DNA from: Octopus sinensis
Lineage: Eukaryota
NCBI RefSeq assembly: GCF_006345805.1
Contig: NC_043000.1
Span: 113,026,001-113,090,000 of the forward strand
Length of the DNA stretch: 64,000 bases
Reading direction: 5' to 3'
Of this stretch, positions 41,313 through 55,624 are shown piece after piece (position 1 is the first letter of the stretch; the number at the start of each line of letters is the position of its first letter). The position numbers and the translations under genes are program-made. The notes beneath the pieces are model-generated. The model saw only the letters and a program-made list of their open reading frames with translations. It was not told the origin of the DNA and ran no database searches.

Positions 41313-41702
41313 TATATTCGGATCACTCATTATTCAGCCACTGCTATAGTCGCTGTTCAGCCGAAATCAACTCATATACAACAACAAACAAAAAGGAAAG
41401 ATCTCTGCTGCTGAGGAGTAAATAATCACCCCGAAATACATGCATCCATCAGTTTGATTATGGAGCGCTGAGAAATGTTTCGGTGTGTTTACACTTCTTT
41501 GTCTTTAGCAAGAAATTTTCTAAATGACGAAATACAGTGAACGAGTTTCTTGCGGGATCGAGTATGCCTCAAGCATAATTAAACTTGTAACAATTTTTTG
41601 TGTTGATACACATCACGGGTTAGCAGCATTTGTGCCATAGAGACATCACCATTAGTACTGTGTTGCCATAGTTATTAATGTACGATAGTTGGTGTTCCGA
41701 CA

Positions 41703-42149
41703 TATTGGTTTCAAATAATAGGAGCAGGAGAGTAATTTTGGGAAAGAGGTAAGTCGATCATATCGACCCTTCCTCCCACCGCTAGTGTTCGAAAGGTATT
41801 TAATTTATCGACCCCGAAAGGATGGACGGCAAGATTCACCTTGGCGTAATTTGAACTCAGAACTCAGAAAGACGGATGAAATGCTACTAAGTATTTAGCT
41901 CTGCGCAATAATCATTCTTCCAATCTTAGTTATTGGTTTTAAATTTCAGCACAAGGCCTGCGATTTCGAGGGATCAGATAAGTTGTTTAGATCGACCCCA
42001 GTGCACAGCTGGTACTTATTTCATCAACTTCGAAATGAGGAAAAGCAAAGTGGACCTTGAGGGATTTTGAACTGAGAGCATAAAAGACGGTCGAAAGGCC
42101 GCTAAACATTTAGTCCGGCATACTAATGATTCCGCCTGCTCGCCACCTC
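41703..42149 (-). mobile_element. Two adjacent degenerate tail B SINEs
   Basis: Two copies of the ATCGACCCC...GGATG...AAAGT domain with head and tail remnants. Confidence 0.7.
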
Positions 42150-42481
42150 GGTGTGCCGAAATATTGCACAGAGGTAGTAATTATGAAGAATCTGATGAAG
42201 AAAAGATATGGAATTTACTGTCGATGCCAACTGAAAGTTTTGGAATCTCGTTACTAAGGGAAGCTAAAATAAAATTAGATTTATTCCTCCGAAATGTCAA
42301 ACAGCAATTTGACAGCCAATAAAATCAAACCCTACAAATTATATTTGACATTTAATAGTGCTGCTATTGCAGAAAATTCGAAAGCGATAATTTTGTAAAA
42401 CTTCTTATTAACCCGGATTGATCCCAGCAAAATTGAATATTTCCAAGTCATGCCTCGATGTATGCGTGTGTGTGTGTATAT

Positions 42482-42530
<49 letters not shown>

Positions 42531-43228
42531 AATGCGTGGTGTGTAAGTGTGGCATTCTGTGGAAGTGCTCATGTATGTGTATGCGTATGTATATCGTTCT
42601 ATGAATGTCATTTGAGAAGGAGAAAAATACGAGAGAATGTGAATACAAGAGAGAGAAAGAGATAGACAGAGAAATAGAGAGGGAGAAATAGAGAGAAACT
42701 GAGAGAGAGAGAGTTAGAGTGAGGTTTCTGTGTGATAAAAATTCTGTTGCTTTGAGTGCGAGTACGTGTGTGTGGGGGTGTCTGTGTGAGCATATGTGTT
42801 GTGTATCTTTGTATGCGTTTGTGTCTGTATAGGTAAGTGTGCATGTCTTTACACCTATATACGTGTTATATTGCTTCCTAGTTGAATTAAGTTCACGTGT
42901 GTGTGTGTGTGCGTATGTGTGTGTGTCTGTGTTTGTGTGATTGTTCGTACATAGACGCAGTGCGCTAAACGCGTTGCTTCATTTTGCCCAGAAGGTCGTT
43001 GGTCGGTCGACTATAATCAGTGTGATTGGAAACAACCTGTTCACGTCTCCCTCGCATATTACAGAAATTAACATCAAATTGGGAGAATACAAATTTAGAA
43101 GCGAGAAATTTGGAAATTCTCATGTTATATCTAGGAAACTTTTTGAAATGCAGACGGGAAACTAAATTCTTTCTTAACTAGAAGAATTGGGCGAATTCAA
43201 TGATGCAGCTCGTCAAGATAATTGTAAA

Positions 43229-43623
43229 ACTAGTAGTATCGCCCGGCGTTGCTCGGGTTTGTTTCAACCCTTTACAATCGGGATTTTTGAAAAGTAAAAA
43301 TTCTGAATTATATAGCTTGTTATTCTCTTTAAGTGAACATTTTTCTTGTTGAAATACACCGAAAACTGGCGACACAGCAGTCCAAAAATCGTAAAAAATA
43401 GGGATTTTCATAGAAAAGAATCACCTTTTTGATGTAAATAATTTTTGGTGTTAACATGGTCCGATTTGAAATTTCTTTTCTACGGAAGGAAGAGAAAGCC
43501 TTCTTCTATCATACTTTCAATTTTGGTCAACTTGCGTCGCAGGGTCTCGGAGGAGATAGTGTTAGTTGAAGGCTACCAAACCTGCCATACACAGACAACT
43601 TCAGCTTCATATATAGAAAGATT
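43229..43623 (+). mobile_element. Non-autonomous Helitron/Helentron-associated (HINE/DINE-like) element
   Basis: Starts ACTAG followed by the short hairpin CCCGGCGTTGCTCGGG, and ends ...CAGACAACTTCAGCTTCATATATAGAAAGATT. The layout resembles DINE-1/HINE ends. Confidence 0.55.
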
Positions 43624-44135
43624 AAATTTAGGTCACATGATTCCACAAATATACAAATGCTATGAATTCTTCAAATTACAAATATATACTTTAATATGGA
43701 TGAATATACTTTAAAGCAACATATGGGTCAATGTGTTAGACGTTGTCTTTGCATCCCTGAATTCACAGACTCGTGGCTTATCTTAGAAATTTCGTTCTTT
43801 TTAGTCTTACAGTCTCCGACCAATCCACAACACGTGGCTTAAATTGGGAGATGGAAACTGTATAGAAGCGTATGAAGTGAGTTGTACCAGTAATTCAAAC
43901 GGTACAGCCTTGTCATAGACTATGTCACTCTATTTCCACACGTGTCTGTGAGATATTCATCCACGTGAACATTAGTTTAGACGCTGGTATTTCATTTAAA
44001 GTTGAATAGTCATCACCGAACGTGACGGAGGTCCTCATCCAGACGAATAAATAGAATATATTTATAGTTTTGGTAAAGAGGAGGGTAAACCATATACTCT
44101 AATGTTTGTATCTACGTCTCTTTGTGTGTGTATTT

Positions 44136-44174
<39 letters not shown>

Positions 44175-45036
44175 TAACAATAATCCTAAGATGGAATTTA
44201 CAAACCTTTAATGCATTGCTACACGCGTTTCCAAACATCGCAAGCCTCTTAAGCTCAGAGTCCGGATTCCTCGGATGATTCCAATGTAGTCCGTAGTATC
44301 CGTGGTAATGAGATTGATCATCATAGATTCATTTCTTCAGGCGATATAACATTAATGGATGTACAACAGAGGGATGCTTATCCCCTTTGACCAGTATGGA
44401 GGTTGAGTGAATTACGTGAGTATTTCTCTGTGTATATCAGGCGCTGTATTTGCATTTTCAAAACGTTCCTCGTAAAAAAAATTAAACATACATACATACA
44501 TGCATGCATATATATATATGTACATATATATATATGTATGCGTATGTGTGTGTGTGTGTATGTATGTATGCATGTATGAATGTAAACTGAGATTAAACTG
44601 CAAACGGCGGTGAGTCACCTGTTCGGGAGTTCTGTTGTGGGAAGAGTGGAATCACCCTTTGATTACCACTACTCTTTCAACTGACAGTCGCATGCGTAAG
44701 GTAGGTCTGCTCACGCGAATCATTCTTGCTACATTCAGCCACGTGATCTAGCCTGTGCGCTTACGCTTCCGCTTTCTGTTGATGGGACGCGTTCCATAGG
44801 TCAGGTACACCGTTTGCTGTCAATCTACATTCGCCAAATGGAGGACTGGGCGTACCGTGGCCGCTTAATGTGCAGGCATGCGCTAATGCAGTGACATCTC
44901 CAGCTCTTCTTAGATAGTGAGCAGGTGTGAGTGTCGTTTGTCAGATTCGCTCTTTCACAATTCGTCTCTTTGGTTGGGCTCCAGTCCTGGGCGAAGGGTA
45001 AACCGAAACAGGGCACCTGGCAACTAAATGAAATGT

Positions 45037-45323
45037 AAAGTCGACCTCGGCGGAATTTGAACTAAGAACGTAAAGACAGACGAAATACCTATTTCTTTAC
45101 CCCCCCCCCAAGGGGCTAAACACAGAGAAGACAAACAAGGACAGACAAACAGATTAAGTCGATTATATCGACCCCAGTGCGTAACTGGTACTTATTTAAT
45201 TGACCTCGAAAGGATGAAAGGCAAAGTCGACCTCGGCGGAATTTGAACTCAGAACGTAACGGCAGACGAAATACCGCGAAACATTTCGCCCGGCGTGCTA
45301 ACGTTTCAGCCAGCTCGACGCCT
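45037..45323 (-). mobile_element. SINE family A monomer plus partial second unit
   Basis: J1 junction GAAATAC|CTATTTC at 45088/45089; head ends at 45323. Confidence 0.88.
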
Positions 45324-46921
45324 TCTTTTCAGAGAATGAACGAGACATCTTTATCACTTAATCCCGTAAATTCCCATAGTTTTCTGCTAACCATTCGCGA
45401 AATCCTGAAAAAAAAAGAGCACTTGCTGTTCATAAATATTAACACAGTATTATGACTTTATGTCGGTGATATTCATTTTAATATAACCCCGGGTGGACGG
45501 ATAATTATATGATTGCCTCCTTTGAGAATCGATCTCAGAAAGGCGTTTTAACTAGATGCCATATATATATATATGTTGTCCAAAACATTGCCGTTTATAT
45601 TTATTTTTCTTTCTGCTACTCAAAATATTGTATTTATCTTCGAGAATCATAATAAAAAATGTTAAAGTACAAAATTTTTCTGTTATACATATAAAATAAA
45701 CATATATATACATATATAAAATCTTAGTCCAGCGCGAAAAAATAATTTACAGTCAACCAGATGTAATTAATTCTGAGAAAAAATTATTTATTCATATATT
45801 TGGATGTTTTTAGCTATGTCTTCAGAATTTTTGCCACACAACGCATTTTCTATTTATTTATATGTACACATTTTGAAAAAAATAATGTGGATTTTTCTTT
45901 TTAATTTTTTGTGTTTCTAATTAATATTCCTGGTAGCACAGCAGGAAATTCAGAACACCACGTGATAATTTGGTTTGACGCCTGAGCTATTGTTCTAGCC
46001 CTCTTGCACCCCTCCTTCTTATTTTACCTGATTTCAAGAAGCAGATCTAATTAAAACATTCGGTGTGCATGTACATATGAATTTGTGTGCGCGTGCTTAA
46101 CACGTATCTGTGTGCGTGCGTGTGTGTTTGTAATTTATTTATTTATTCATCTTTAATTTTTTTTCTAAATTTATTTATTATTTATATATTTATTCCTTAG
46201 TTTATTTATTCCATTTTATTTATTTATTATTTATTTATTTCGAATTTGATTTTTCCAAAAATGTCTTTTTAAACCTGACTGTATTTAAGCAGAAACCGAT
46301 TTCTCAAATTGTCAACTATGGAATTTGGAAAGAATTCTATTTTTTTTCCTTTATTCATTGTCTTCCTTCAGCATTTCTCATTTTCTAAATTTATCCATCT
46401 TTGTTTTCCCCTCTTCATTTATCAACGAAGGAATCTGGCAGTAGAATTCCTATTTCCATTGTCTTTGCAAATCTCTTTCCATTGCCACCAGATTCCATAT
46501 ATTTCATTTCCTTCTCCTTCCGAAGAGGCTTCACCGATTAAGTGGCTGAGTATTCCAACATTCACATCACGATAATATCATTAGCCACATCTTCCTCTCC
46601 TTCTAACTTAATATCTCCCGATCTTAATCAGCTCTTTGTTGTTGGTGTTGTTGTTAATGTGCCTCACCTCACTTCTGAGCCAGCAAACCTATCATTTCGA
46701 TTTTCAGACACAATATATCTAGGATTACAAAGACGTGTTTCACCATTTGCGAAGACACACGGCCTGGTCTGGTGGACAGGCTGGGCAATTTATGATCGTA
46801 GAATTGTGGATTCAATAGCTGTACTGAATGACACGATGTGTTCTTCAGCAAGACATTCCTGTTATCGTGACTCTACTCAGTACCAGTCGGGTGCTGCTTT
46901 CTCTTCTTCCCTCCCCCTCTC

Positions 46922-46956
<35 letters not shown>

Positions 46957-47356
46957 CTCTTGTGAAGATGAGGAGATAATGAGAGCAGGCGCAGAAGATG
47001 ATCAGAATGAATAAAAAATAAAATCCTTTGTCGAGTTGGCTGTCTATGATGGGATGAAGGGGTGGTGCTAGAGCTGTGCAATCTTGAACGCATTAATGTT
47101 ACCATTTCTTATTAATAACTGTATTGTTTCGTTCCGGGTAAATTGACATCTAACTGTTCAACGAAGACTTCAAATGTAACTAGTAGTGACTTCTCGTGAA
47201 AATGGACAAAATCTGACATCGTGGTGTTACCAAGTAACATTCATTCTTCTCTATGCGACTTAAAATTTCTGCTATAAGCTTGAGAAACCTTCGCATGGAA
47301 CCGAATTAAACAGTTTTAAATAATAATAATATTAATAATAATAATAATAATAATAA

Positions 47357-47387
<31 letters not shown>

Positions 47388-47470
47388 AAGAAGAAGAAGG
47401 AGGAGAAGAAGAAGAAGAAGAAGAAGAAGAAGAAGAAGAAGAAGAAGAAGAGAAGAAGAAGTATATATAT

Positions 47471-47690
47471 AGTTGAAATTCATAGAAAAACAAAATTAGA
47501 AAACAGGTGCATGAAAAACAAGCATGTGTAATAGTTTGACGCTCGGGGATAATGAAAAAGTATTTTACGTTTTGAGCCTACGCTCTTCAACAGAAAGGAA
47601 TAAGAGAAAATAAACAGAGAGAGAATAAAAAAAACGTACAGAGTTTAACGGTCCGAGATGGTGAATGATTCATAAAAAAACAGGTTGAAA
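47471..47690 (-). mobile_element. Penelope-like terminal fragment with decayed variant hammerhead (47563-47596)
   Basis: Minus strand UUU-CUGUUGA-A-GAGC-GUAG-GCUC-AAAA-C-GUA-AAA. Same family as 14491-14658. Confidence 0.5.
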
Positions 47691-48349
47691 GAAAGGATGA
47701 TAATGATAAAAAAGAGGTTGATGAGGGTAGCCTGACTTGGCCACAGCGAATAGGTGAAACCGGTAGAAGATAAATGACGTTTGTGTGTTGGGTGATTCAG
47801 GACAGAAATGCAATAGGAGATGGAGAACAAGTAATACATTTTCCCAAATGTTTAATCTTGTAAGCGTACTGTTTACCATAATCGTACTATATCAATGTAT
47901 GTATATATATTTGTGTGTGAATGCTTGTGCTGTGTGTTTGTATGGATGTGTGTGTTTGTATGCGTATATAACGACAGCCATCATTCGTGAGTATCATTTC
48001 TGAGTATGTATGTGTTTTAAACTTTTCCAATAATGTTTTTCAGTTATTCATTGAGTCGCAAACATACATATATAGTAGATAGTTCATTCTTATTTTGACG
48101 CAGAGAAATATCTTCATCCATGTTATATGATTCAAAAGAGAAAGAGGGCTGCACCGTTTTCAAGAATTTATCGCCCACAAAAACATGGAAGTTAAAGTTG
48201 GTCCGGTCAGATTTGAACCAAGGTAAGAACTGAAGAGAAACAAATCAAATAACAAAACACATTTCATTCTCTGCTTCTAAACCACGGCTACATCTAATGC
48301 AATGTCTTCGGGTAGCAGTTATCTTCACACGTTCCATATTTCTCCATTC

Positions 48350-48910
48350 TACTGCGGTGAGTTGGCAGAATCGTTTCCACGCCATCAAAATGTTTTTCAT
48401 CATTTCGGGGTCGATAAAACAAGTACCAGTAGAGCGCTGGGGTCAATGTGATCGACTTATCCCTCCACCACAACTGCTGGTCTTGTGAAATAAATTGAAA
48501 TCAAAATTTCTTCGTTCTAAGGCGACGACGAGCAGGTAAAATTGTTAGCAAAACCGGGCGAAATGCTTCGCGGTATTTCGTCTGCCGTTACATTCTGAGT
48601 TCAAATTCCGCCGAGGTCGACTTTGCCTTTCATCCTTTCGGGGTCGATTAAATAAGTACCAGTTACGAACTGGGGTCGATATAATCGACTTAATCCGTTT
48701 GTCTGTCCTTGTTTGCCCCCACTGTGTTTGGCCCCTTGTGGGTAGTAAAGAAATTCGTCCAGCTTTACGTTCTGAGTTAAAATTTTGCTGAGGTCTACAT
48801 TGTTTTCCAGCCTTTTGCGGGTGGATGAAACAAGTATCAGCTGACCCCTGATCTCGATGTAATCGACGTGCCCCTTCCCTTGAAAATTTTGGCCTTCAGT
48901 CAAAATTTCA
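48350..48910 (+). mobile_element. SINE cluster: degenerate tail B copy, then a tail A unit fused to a tail B unit
   Basis: Second element starts at 48519; tail A ends AAAGAAAT at 48754 and continues TCGTCC...TTACGTTCTGAG. Confidence 0.8.
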
Positions 48911-49659
48911 AGCGAACATTTCTCCATTCCTTTCGCTTTTCTTCTTTGTCATTATGTTCTTCGTGTGCTGCTGTTGTCGTTGATGTTATTTTCCTTCTTC
49001 TCCTCATTGTCTTTCTTCACTTTGTTTTCTTTCTCCCCCTCCTCCCCCTCCTCCTCACTTCTTCTCCCAATGTGACAAATGTATTCTATAGCGATATATC
49101 GATCTGCTTCACGTAGTTTGGTCTTAAAGAGAATTTCGGGTTAATTCTTGACGTTGTTAGAAGCATTGTATCCATGTTTGTGGTCTGTCAATATTAACAA
49201 TGGTGTTTTCCAAGAAAAGCTGCGTGTCATCGTGTTATGATGCCTATTTGGTTTAGTCTCGTAAAAGCCATATTCTTCCAGCATGGAACAATTGCACATG
49301 GTTAACTGTAGAATTCTGTCTCCGTTTAAACGAAGAACACCATTAAAGCAATACCGAATTTATTCTCAAGGAGAACAACTAATTCTCTTTCTCTATTGCC
49401 CTTTTTTTCCTTTTTATTTCATTTAACACCTTCACAATTCTTTATCTGTCTTTCGTTCATTTTCTTTCCCTTCTTTCTTTCTTTCTTTCTCTCTTTTCCC
49501 TTCCTTTAATTTCTTTCACTCGCTAATTCTTTTCTATTCTTTTACAACCTGTTCTTTTCTTTTTTTTTTCTTCCAGCCTGTCCTTCGCTCTTTCAATATA
49601 TTCTCACCATTCTTTCGATTCTATTCTCTGACAATCCAAAAATTTTTCTCCCTTTCGTT

Positions 49660-49669
49660 CTTTATATTG

Positions 49670-49712
<43 letters not shown>

Positions 49713-49820
49713 GTCGTCTTCTTCTTCTTCTTCTTCTTCTTCTTCTTCTTCTTCTTCTTCTTCTTCTTCTTCTTCTTCTTCTTCTCCTTCTTTTTCTTCT
49801 TCTTCTTCTGCCATTCCTTT

Positions 49821-49854
<34 letters not shown>

Positions 49855-49935
49855 CCGTTTTCTTCTTCTTCTTCTTCTCTTCTTTTTCTTCTTCTTCTTC
49901 TTCTTTTTCTTCTTCTTCTTCTTCTTCTTCCATCA
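49660..49935. repeat. (CAT)n(CTT)n(CAT)n(CTT)n compound microsatellite
   Basis: Direct reading. Confidence 0.95.
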
Positions 49936-49959
49936 TTCCGTTGTGTATTCGTTACAGCT

Positions 49960-49997
<38 letters not shown>

Positions 49998-50318
49998 ACA
50001 CACACAAAAGCTCATACATGCATGTATAGACAAGCAACCACACATACATGTTCTGTCTGTTTGTCTGTCTGCCTGCTTCTCCCTCACCTTCTCTTTCCTT
50101 TTCTTATACACACATCGCTATACATGTGTGCATACTAGATTGTGAATGCACACATATGTATATGCACGCACTGTTGCACACATACATATATAGATACACA
50201 CACGTATGCACATACTTAAATACACATACACGAGTGTGTGTGTGTGTGTGTTTGCGCGCGTCTGTGTGCGTGTGTATATGTATGCGTTTGGGTCTGTACA
50301 TGTGTTCGGGCGCCCGCG

Positions 50319-50359
<41 letters not shown>

Positions 50360-50939
50360 GAGTGTGTTCCCTTTCTCACTTTTGAATCGCTCTGCCGATT
50401 ATAAAACCTGGTTTTCATAGTGAAGTTCACTTTATCTCTCTCTCTCTCTCTCCCTGTTTCTCTCTTGCACACAGAAATACACACACACACACACACACAC
50501 ACACAACACACACACACACACACACACACGCATACACACGCACGAACACACCCATACACCCTCCCCCCCCACACACTGAATTTCCAATATCTGAATATGT
50601 ACATAACAACAACAACAATAAATACAGCCACCTTAACAGCAATTAGAAATTTCCCTAATTTTCTTTCATCTATTTCTATGCCTACCTGTCTGTCTGACAG
50701 TCTGCCTGTTTCTTTTAGTGTATACTCGCCCCCGCGCTCCCCCCCACCGCTTCCCTCACGCCCCCCCCCCGCACACTTGCCGTTCTTTAGATAATTGTAG
50801 GACTATGTACATAACAACAACACCAGTAACATTGGAAATATAAACCATGAGAAGTTTCTTTTCCTACTATTCTGCTATTTCTCCCGCTTTCCCTTTCCCT
50901 CTCCTTCTCTCTCTCAATCATACTTTCTCTCTCTCCCCG

Positions 50940-51099
50940 TCTCTTTCCCCTTCTCTCTCTATATATATATGTATATATTTGTATATATATGTATGTGTGT
51001 GTGTATATATATAAATATATATATAATATATATATACATATATATAATATATAAATATGTGTGTGTGCATATACATACATATTCACATACATTATGTAA

Positions 51100-51139
<40 letters not shown>

Positions 51140-51264
51140 GTGTATATATATATATATATATATAATATATATCTATATATATATATATATAAAATCACGT
51201 AATCTGAGTGAATATGTATATGTACATATATATGTGTATATGTGTACGTATATATATATGTATA

Positions 51265-51310
<46 letters not shown>

Positions 51311-51373
51311 AAATCACGTAATCTGAGTGAATATGTATATGTACATATATATGTGTATATGTGTACGTATATA

Positions 51374-51426
<53 letters not shown>

Positions 51427-51480
51427 GTACACGCATATATGTACATATACATACGTATTCACATACATTGCGTATATATA
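50940..51480. repeat. TA field containing a 119-bp-period tandem duplication
   Basis: AAAATCACGTAATCTGAGTGAATATGTATATGTAC... starts at both 51191 and 51310. Confidence 0.9.
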
Positions 51481-52754
51481 TATACGCACATAATGAGTGC
51501 AGAAAAATAAAAAATAAAAACATTATCAATAGCAACTACAAATTTTAAAACAAAAATTTTTTTGATGAAGTCGTCGAAGGTTCCATGTTGAAGGGCGACG
51601 AGACCATAGTGGTCCACATAGCCTGATGTTGTCATAGAGTCAAACTGTTCAAGCACATCCTTTCGAGTTGATCAAAGAACTTCTGTATCGAACAGGCTCA
51701 TGCATTTGGCAAATAATGACTGCTAAGACAACGTAAAGCTTCGCTGGTTCTGACTAAACGATTGAGAATTTGGGTTAGAAATCTATCGGAATAAAACAAA
51801 CGAAATGAAAACTAATTTCAAAATTACAAATCCAATTCCTTTTTTTTTGTTTTGTTTTCTTTTATTTTTTACTAAATCATAAATAAATATTGATTTACGT
51901 TTTCTCTTTGGACAGTCTAATCGATATTTCTTTTCGAAAGACACGATATTCGGTCGCAGGCGATACTGCGTGCTTAAAAATTTATATTCAGAAGCGCCTG
52001 AGTTCGGTTTCTATCTCACTACACGACTCTACTTTGGACAAATGTTCGATAATGTCAGATGATGGGAAAAGTAAAACTACCGAGGGACGCCTGTTGCATG
52101 AAAATTTAATAGTAAATTGAACACTTTCATGCCTGATGCAGTAAACCAGGAATTATTAATGAAATAGAATTATATATTTAGTAATGAGAATAATCATTAT
52201 AGAAATAATTAATCGACGTTAAGGATAAAAAGGAAGAGAACTTTAATATATTAATTAGTTTAAATAGGGAGTTTTTTTTCTGTTCTTTAACTGTATCAAT
52301 ACAGGAGCACCGCTTTAATGGGTCTTCACGAAGAGTTTTCAAACAATTTCTGTCAATCAAATTCAGTCAAAAGGCTTGGATCGGTCCGAATCGATAGTAG
52401 ATGTGATAGGCCAGGTTGCATGAAAAATGTCGACAGGAAAAGGATTAAGGAAGCGGAATATTTAGGAGTATATGCATATTAATAAGCTGAGGCATTTCTT
52501 TACCTCTACAGGCAAGTCCCTGTATTCTACATGATTAAAATATACGGAGAACTTTGTTGATATTTCCAACCCTCGGCCAGACCTGGTCAAAGACATCAAT
52601 AGTTAAAGCGATTTCACTTGTAAAAGTTCCATCTTTGTAGGAATATTTATTTACATTATCTAACGCGTCCTTCCATTGATCGCATACGATAGTCTTATGG
52701 TTTGAGGAAAATTCGGTTACATTTTGCAGTAGATTTGATAACTACATAGAAATA

Positions 52755-53484
52755 ATGGTTCAAAACTTTGGCACAAGGTCAGCAAGCTCGGAGGAGGGGG
52801 CAAGTCGATTAAATCAATACCAGTGTTGAAATGGTATTTATTTTATCGAACTCCTCCAGCACCAAAGGATGAAAAGCAAAGTGGATTTCGGTAGAAATAA
52901 GAATGCGTAGACAAATAAAAAGCCGCTACGCATTTTCCCCAGCATGCTAAATATTCTGCTAGGTAGTCACCTTAGCTATTCAGAAATACTGGTTTCAAAT
53001 TGTGACACAAGTTGGGGAGGGGGTTAAGTCCAGTGCATCGACCCCAGAGTTCAACCAGTATTTATTTTATAAACCCCAAAAGGATGAAAAGTGAAGACGG
53101 CCCTGCCGGACTTTGAACTTACAGTCTAAAGGCGGTCGAAATGCCGCTAAGCATGAAGCTTGGCGTGCTAAGGATTCTGTTAGCTTGTCCCCTTCACTAT
53201 ATGGAAATAATCTTTTCTACACTAGGCATAAGGCCCGAAATTTTGGGCGAAGGGGGCCAGTTGATTAATCGACCCCAGTACGCAACTGGTACTCATTTTA
53301 TCGACACCGAAAGGGTAAAAAGCAAATTTGATCTCAGCGGAATTTGAACTCAGAATGTAAAGACAGACAAATACCTATTTCTCTACTACCCACAAGGGGC
53401 TAAACACAAAGGGGACAAACAAGGACAGACAAACGGATTAAGTCGATTACATCGATCCAAGTGCGTAACTGGTACTTATTTATC
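52755..53484 (-). mobile_element. Cluster of SINE copies (tail B copies plus a tail A fragment joined by the J1 junction)
   Basis: J1 junction AAATAC|CTATTTC at 53374/53375; repeated GGATGAAAAG...AAAGT domains. Confidence 0.8.
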
Positions 53485-53717
53485 AGCATGATATTATGCA
53501 GGAGAAATGTTTGGCCACATTTCCCATCATCCATTGTTTTCATTTCGAATAGTCCCACAGGTTTAAAACCGAACAGCTGCAAATTTTGACATTTAGCTAA
53601 ACACCTATGTCACTGAGAAGACCTGTAACGAGAAACATTCCCAATATGACCAACAAAATGGAGTTTATACTGTCTAATTTGCTAATGATGTGCTTTTAAT
53701 AACTCCGGATGTGCATA

Positions 53718-54152
53718 AGACTGCGTGTTGGCAGATTCGTCAGCGCACAGGGCAAACTACTTGGCAGCATTGCGTCCATCTTTGATTACTGTTTTCAAAT
53801 TCTACTGATGTCGACTCATCCTTTCATCCTTTCGAGATTGATAAAATAAGAACCAGTTGAGTACTGGGGGTTGATGGAATCGATTTAGTCCACCTCCGAA
53901 ATTGCTGGCCCTGTGTCAAAATATAACATCCGATATTGTTAATACGGCTGCAAGCTGGCAGAATCGGTAACACGCTGGACTAAATGTTGAGTAGCATTTC
54001 TATCGATTCTATCGACCTGAGATCAAATGTGGCCGATGTCAAATTTGCATTTTCTGTTTCAGAGGTCGATGTAATAAGTATCATTTGAGGACTAGGTCGA
54101 CGTAATTCACTTCCGTCTCCTCAAAATTACTGTTCTGTGTCTAGTTTTGAAG
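53718..54152 (+). mobile_element. Two degenerate tail B SINEs
   Basis: Heads TTGGCAGATTCG and CTGGCAGAATCG, each followed by GTCGAT...TACTGGGG domains. Confidence 0.7.
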
Positions 54153-55624
54153 CCTTTATTATTTGAACCATTTTAAGGACCCTGACGCCAACCTTTCTTA
54201 ATTTCAAGTCTTTTGGCTTCGATACACTCAACTCAGTTCTTTCGTACTACTCAATATTCCACAAGCAATAAATATGTAACTTACGAAAAAAAAACCTTTA
54301 GACTTGCTTTGAACAATTTGCTTTTTTTTCTTAATCAAGTGTTCCAGACTTAGTTATCACACATTTAGGTAACTGATGTCAAAGCATTATCACTTCCGGT
54401 GTCCTAGAATATCAGAAACAGTGTCCCAGATTATAGAAATTAATGTAAGATATTCAGAGAGACCGTTTCCAAATGTTCAGACCCGGGAATTAATTCCGCT
54501 AGTATATTTTCCTTTGAATTTTTCGATGATTGGAAGATATTAACTTAAAGATGTTATTACGAATAAAAGAAATCAAAATTATCAATCAACCAATTTAGCC
54601 AATCAAGCCAATCAAGTGAAGAAGAACTATTGCTAAATAACAATACACAAATATTAATGAAAGCATATCTGCAATTCGATTGTCATATTCTTCCATATAA
54701 GGAATGCTGAACAATGTAGGTTGAGATTTATTATGATGCAAGGTTGAAATCTCTCCGTATTGATTATTTTACTGTAATTTTCCTTAATTAAACATTTTCA
54801 CAAATACTAATAATATAGCGATAAAATATTGAAGAAATTTGACTTGTGTTAGATCAAACAACCAAAATGTTATTCTTACGCAATTTAATTCTAGGTGCAA
54901 TCATACATGAGAGGGTAAGGAGTTTGCCTAGTAACTCCCACTCCCTGAGTTCGTTCTGGTTACGTAGTACTTTGGGCATGTGTCTTTTAAATATATATTG
55001 CCTTGAGTCCAGATTATATTTGTGAGTCAAATCTGCGAGCGGGCAAACAGTGTGAAAATTTATAACAGAAAACATTGCTATTTCTGGAAGTAAAATTTAT
55101 TAGTCAATCGTCTCAGGATCGTTGGCAACCATAACCGGCGCCTGTTCTATTGCAAATATTCACAATATATCTCTGATCTGAAGACAACATGCTTTCTATC
55201 TTCAAACAATCTCGGACCTCCAGGAAAGCATCAACGAATTAGACTTCCGCTTCCGGTTATATCACTAGAAAATATAAGTCATCCTGCACGGAATTGTGTA
55301 CGAATATATCGCTGCAGATATAGTAATTTTCTGAAATGAAATTGAAACTATTTTAGGTGTCGGGTCGAAATAACAAGGAACAACTATGTCCACTTTGTTG
55401 ATCGATTCTTTAGAAGTAGTAGCTAAATATTCCTCAAATCTCACCCTCACGCCTTTAATAAAGAAGACATTACATAATATAGTCTTGCTTAATCTTGGAA
55501 AGACGATACTGTCACATTCGGACAAAATGTTCAGCGGCATTTCTGGCGACTTTATGCTCTGAGCTCAGATGTCACCGTGTTCTGCTTAGCCTTTCACACT
55601 TTCGGGGTCGATAAATTAAGTATA

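Noticed and set aside
44215-44260. Minus-strand GAAAC-GCGT-GTA with upstream CTTAAGA
   Set aside because: The core is mutated and stems I and II do not pair; at best a dead relic.
46300-46620. Possible LINE apurinic endonuclease remnant on the minus strand
   Set aside because: Only a vague resemblance, with many stops; not supportable without an HMM search.
46708-46870. Possible exon after a TTTTCAG acceptor (HGLVWWTGW or CFTIC frames)
   Set aside because: No convincing donor, no recognisable domain and no partner exons.
51570-51700. GDET-like mariner catalytic motif
   Set aside because: Single short motif with frame disruptions and no TIR.
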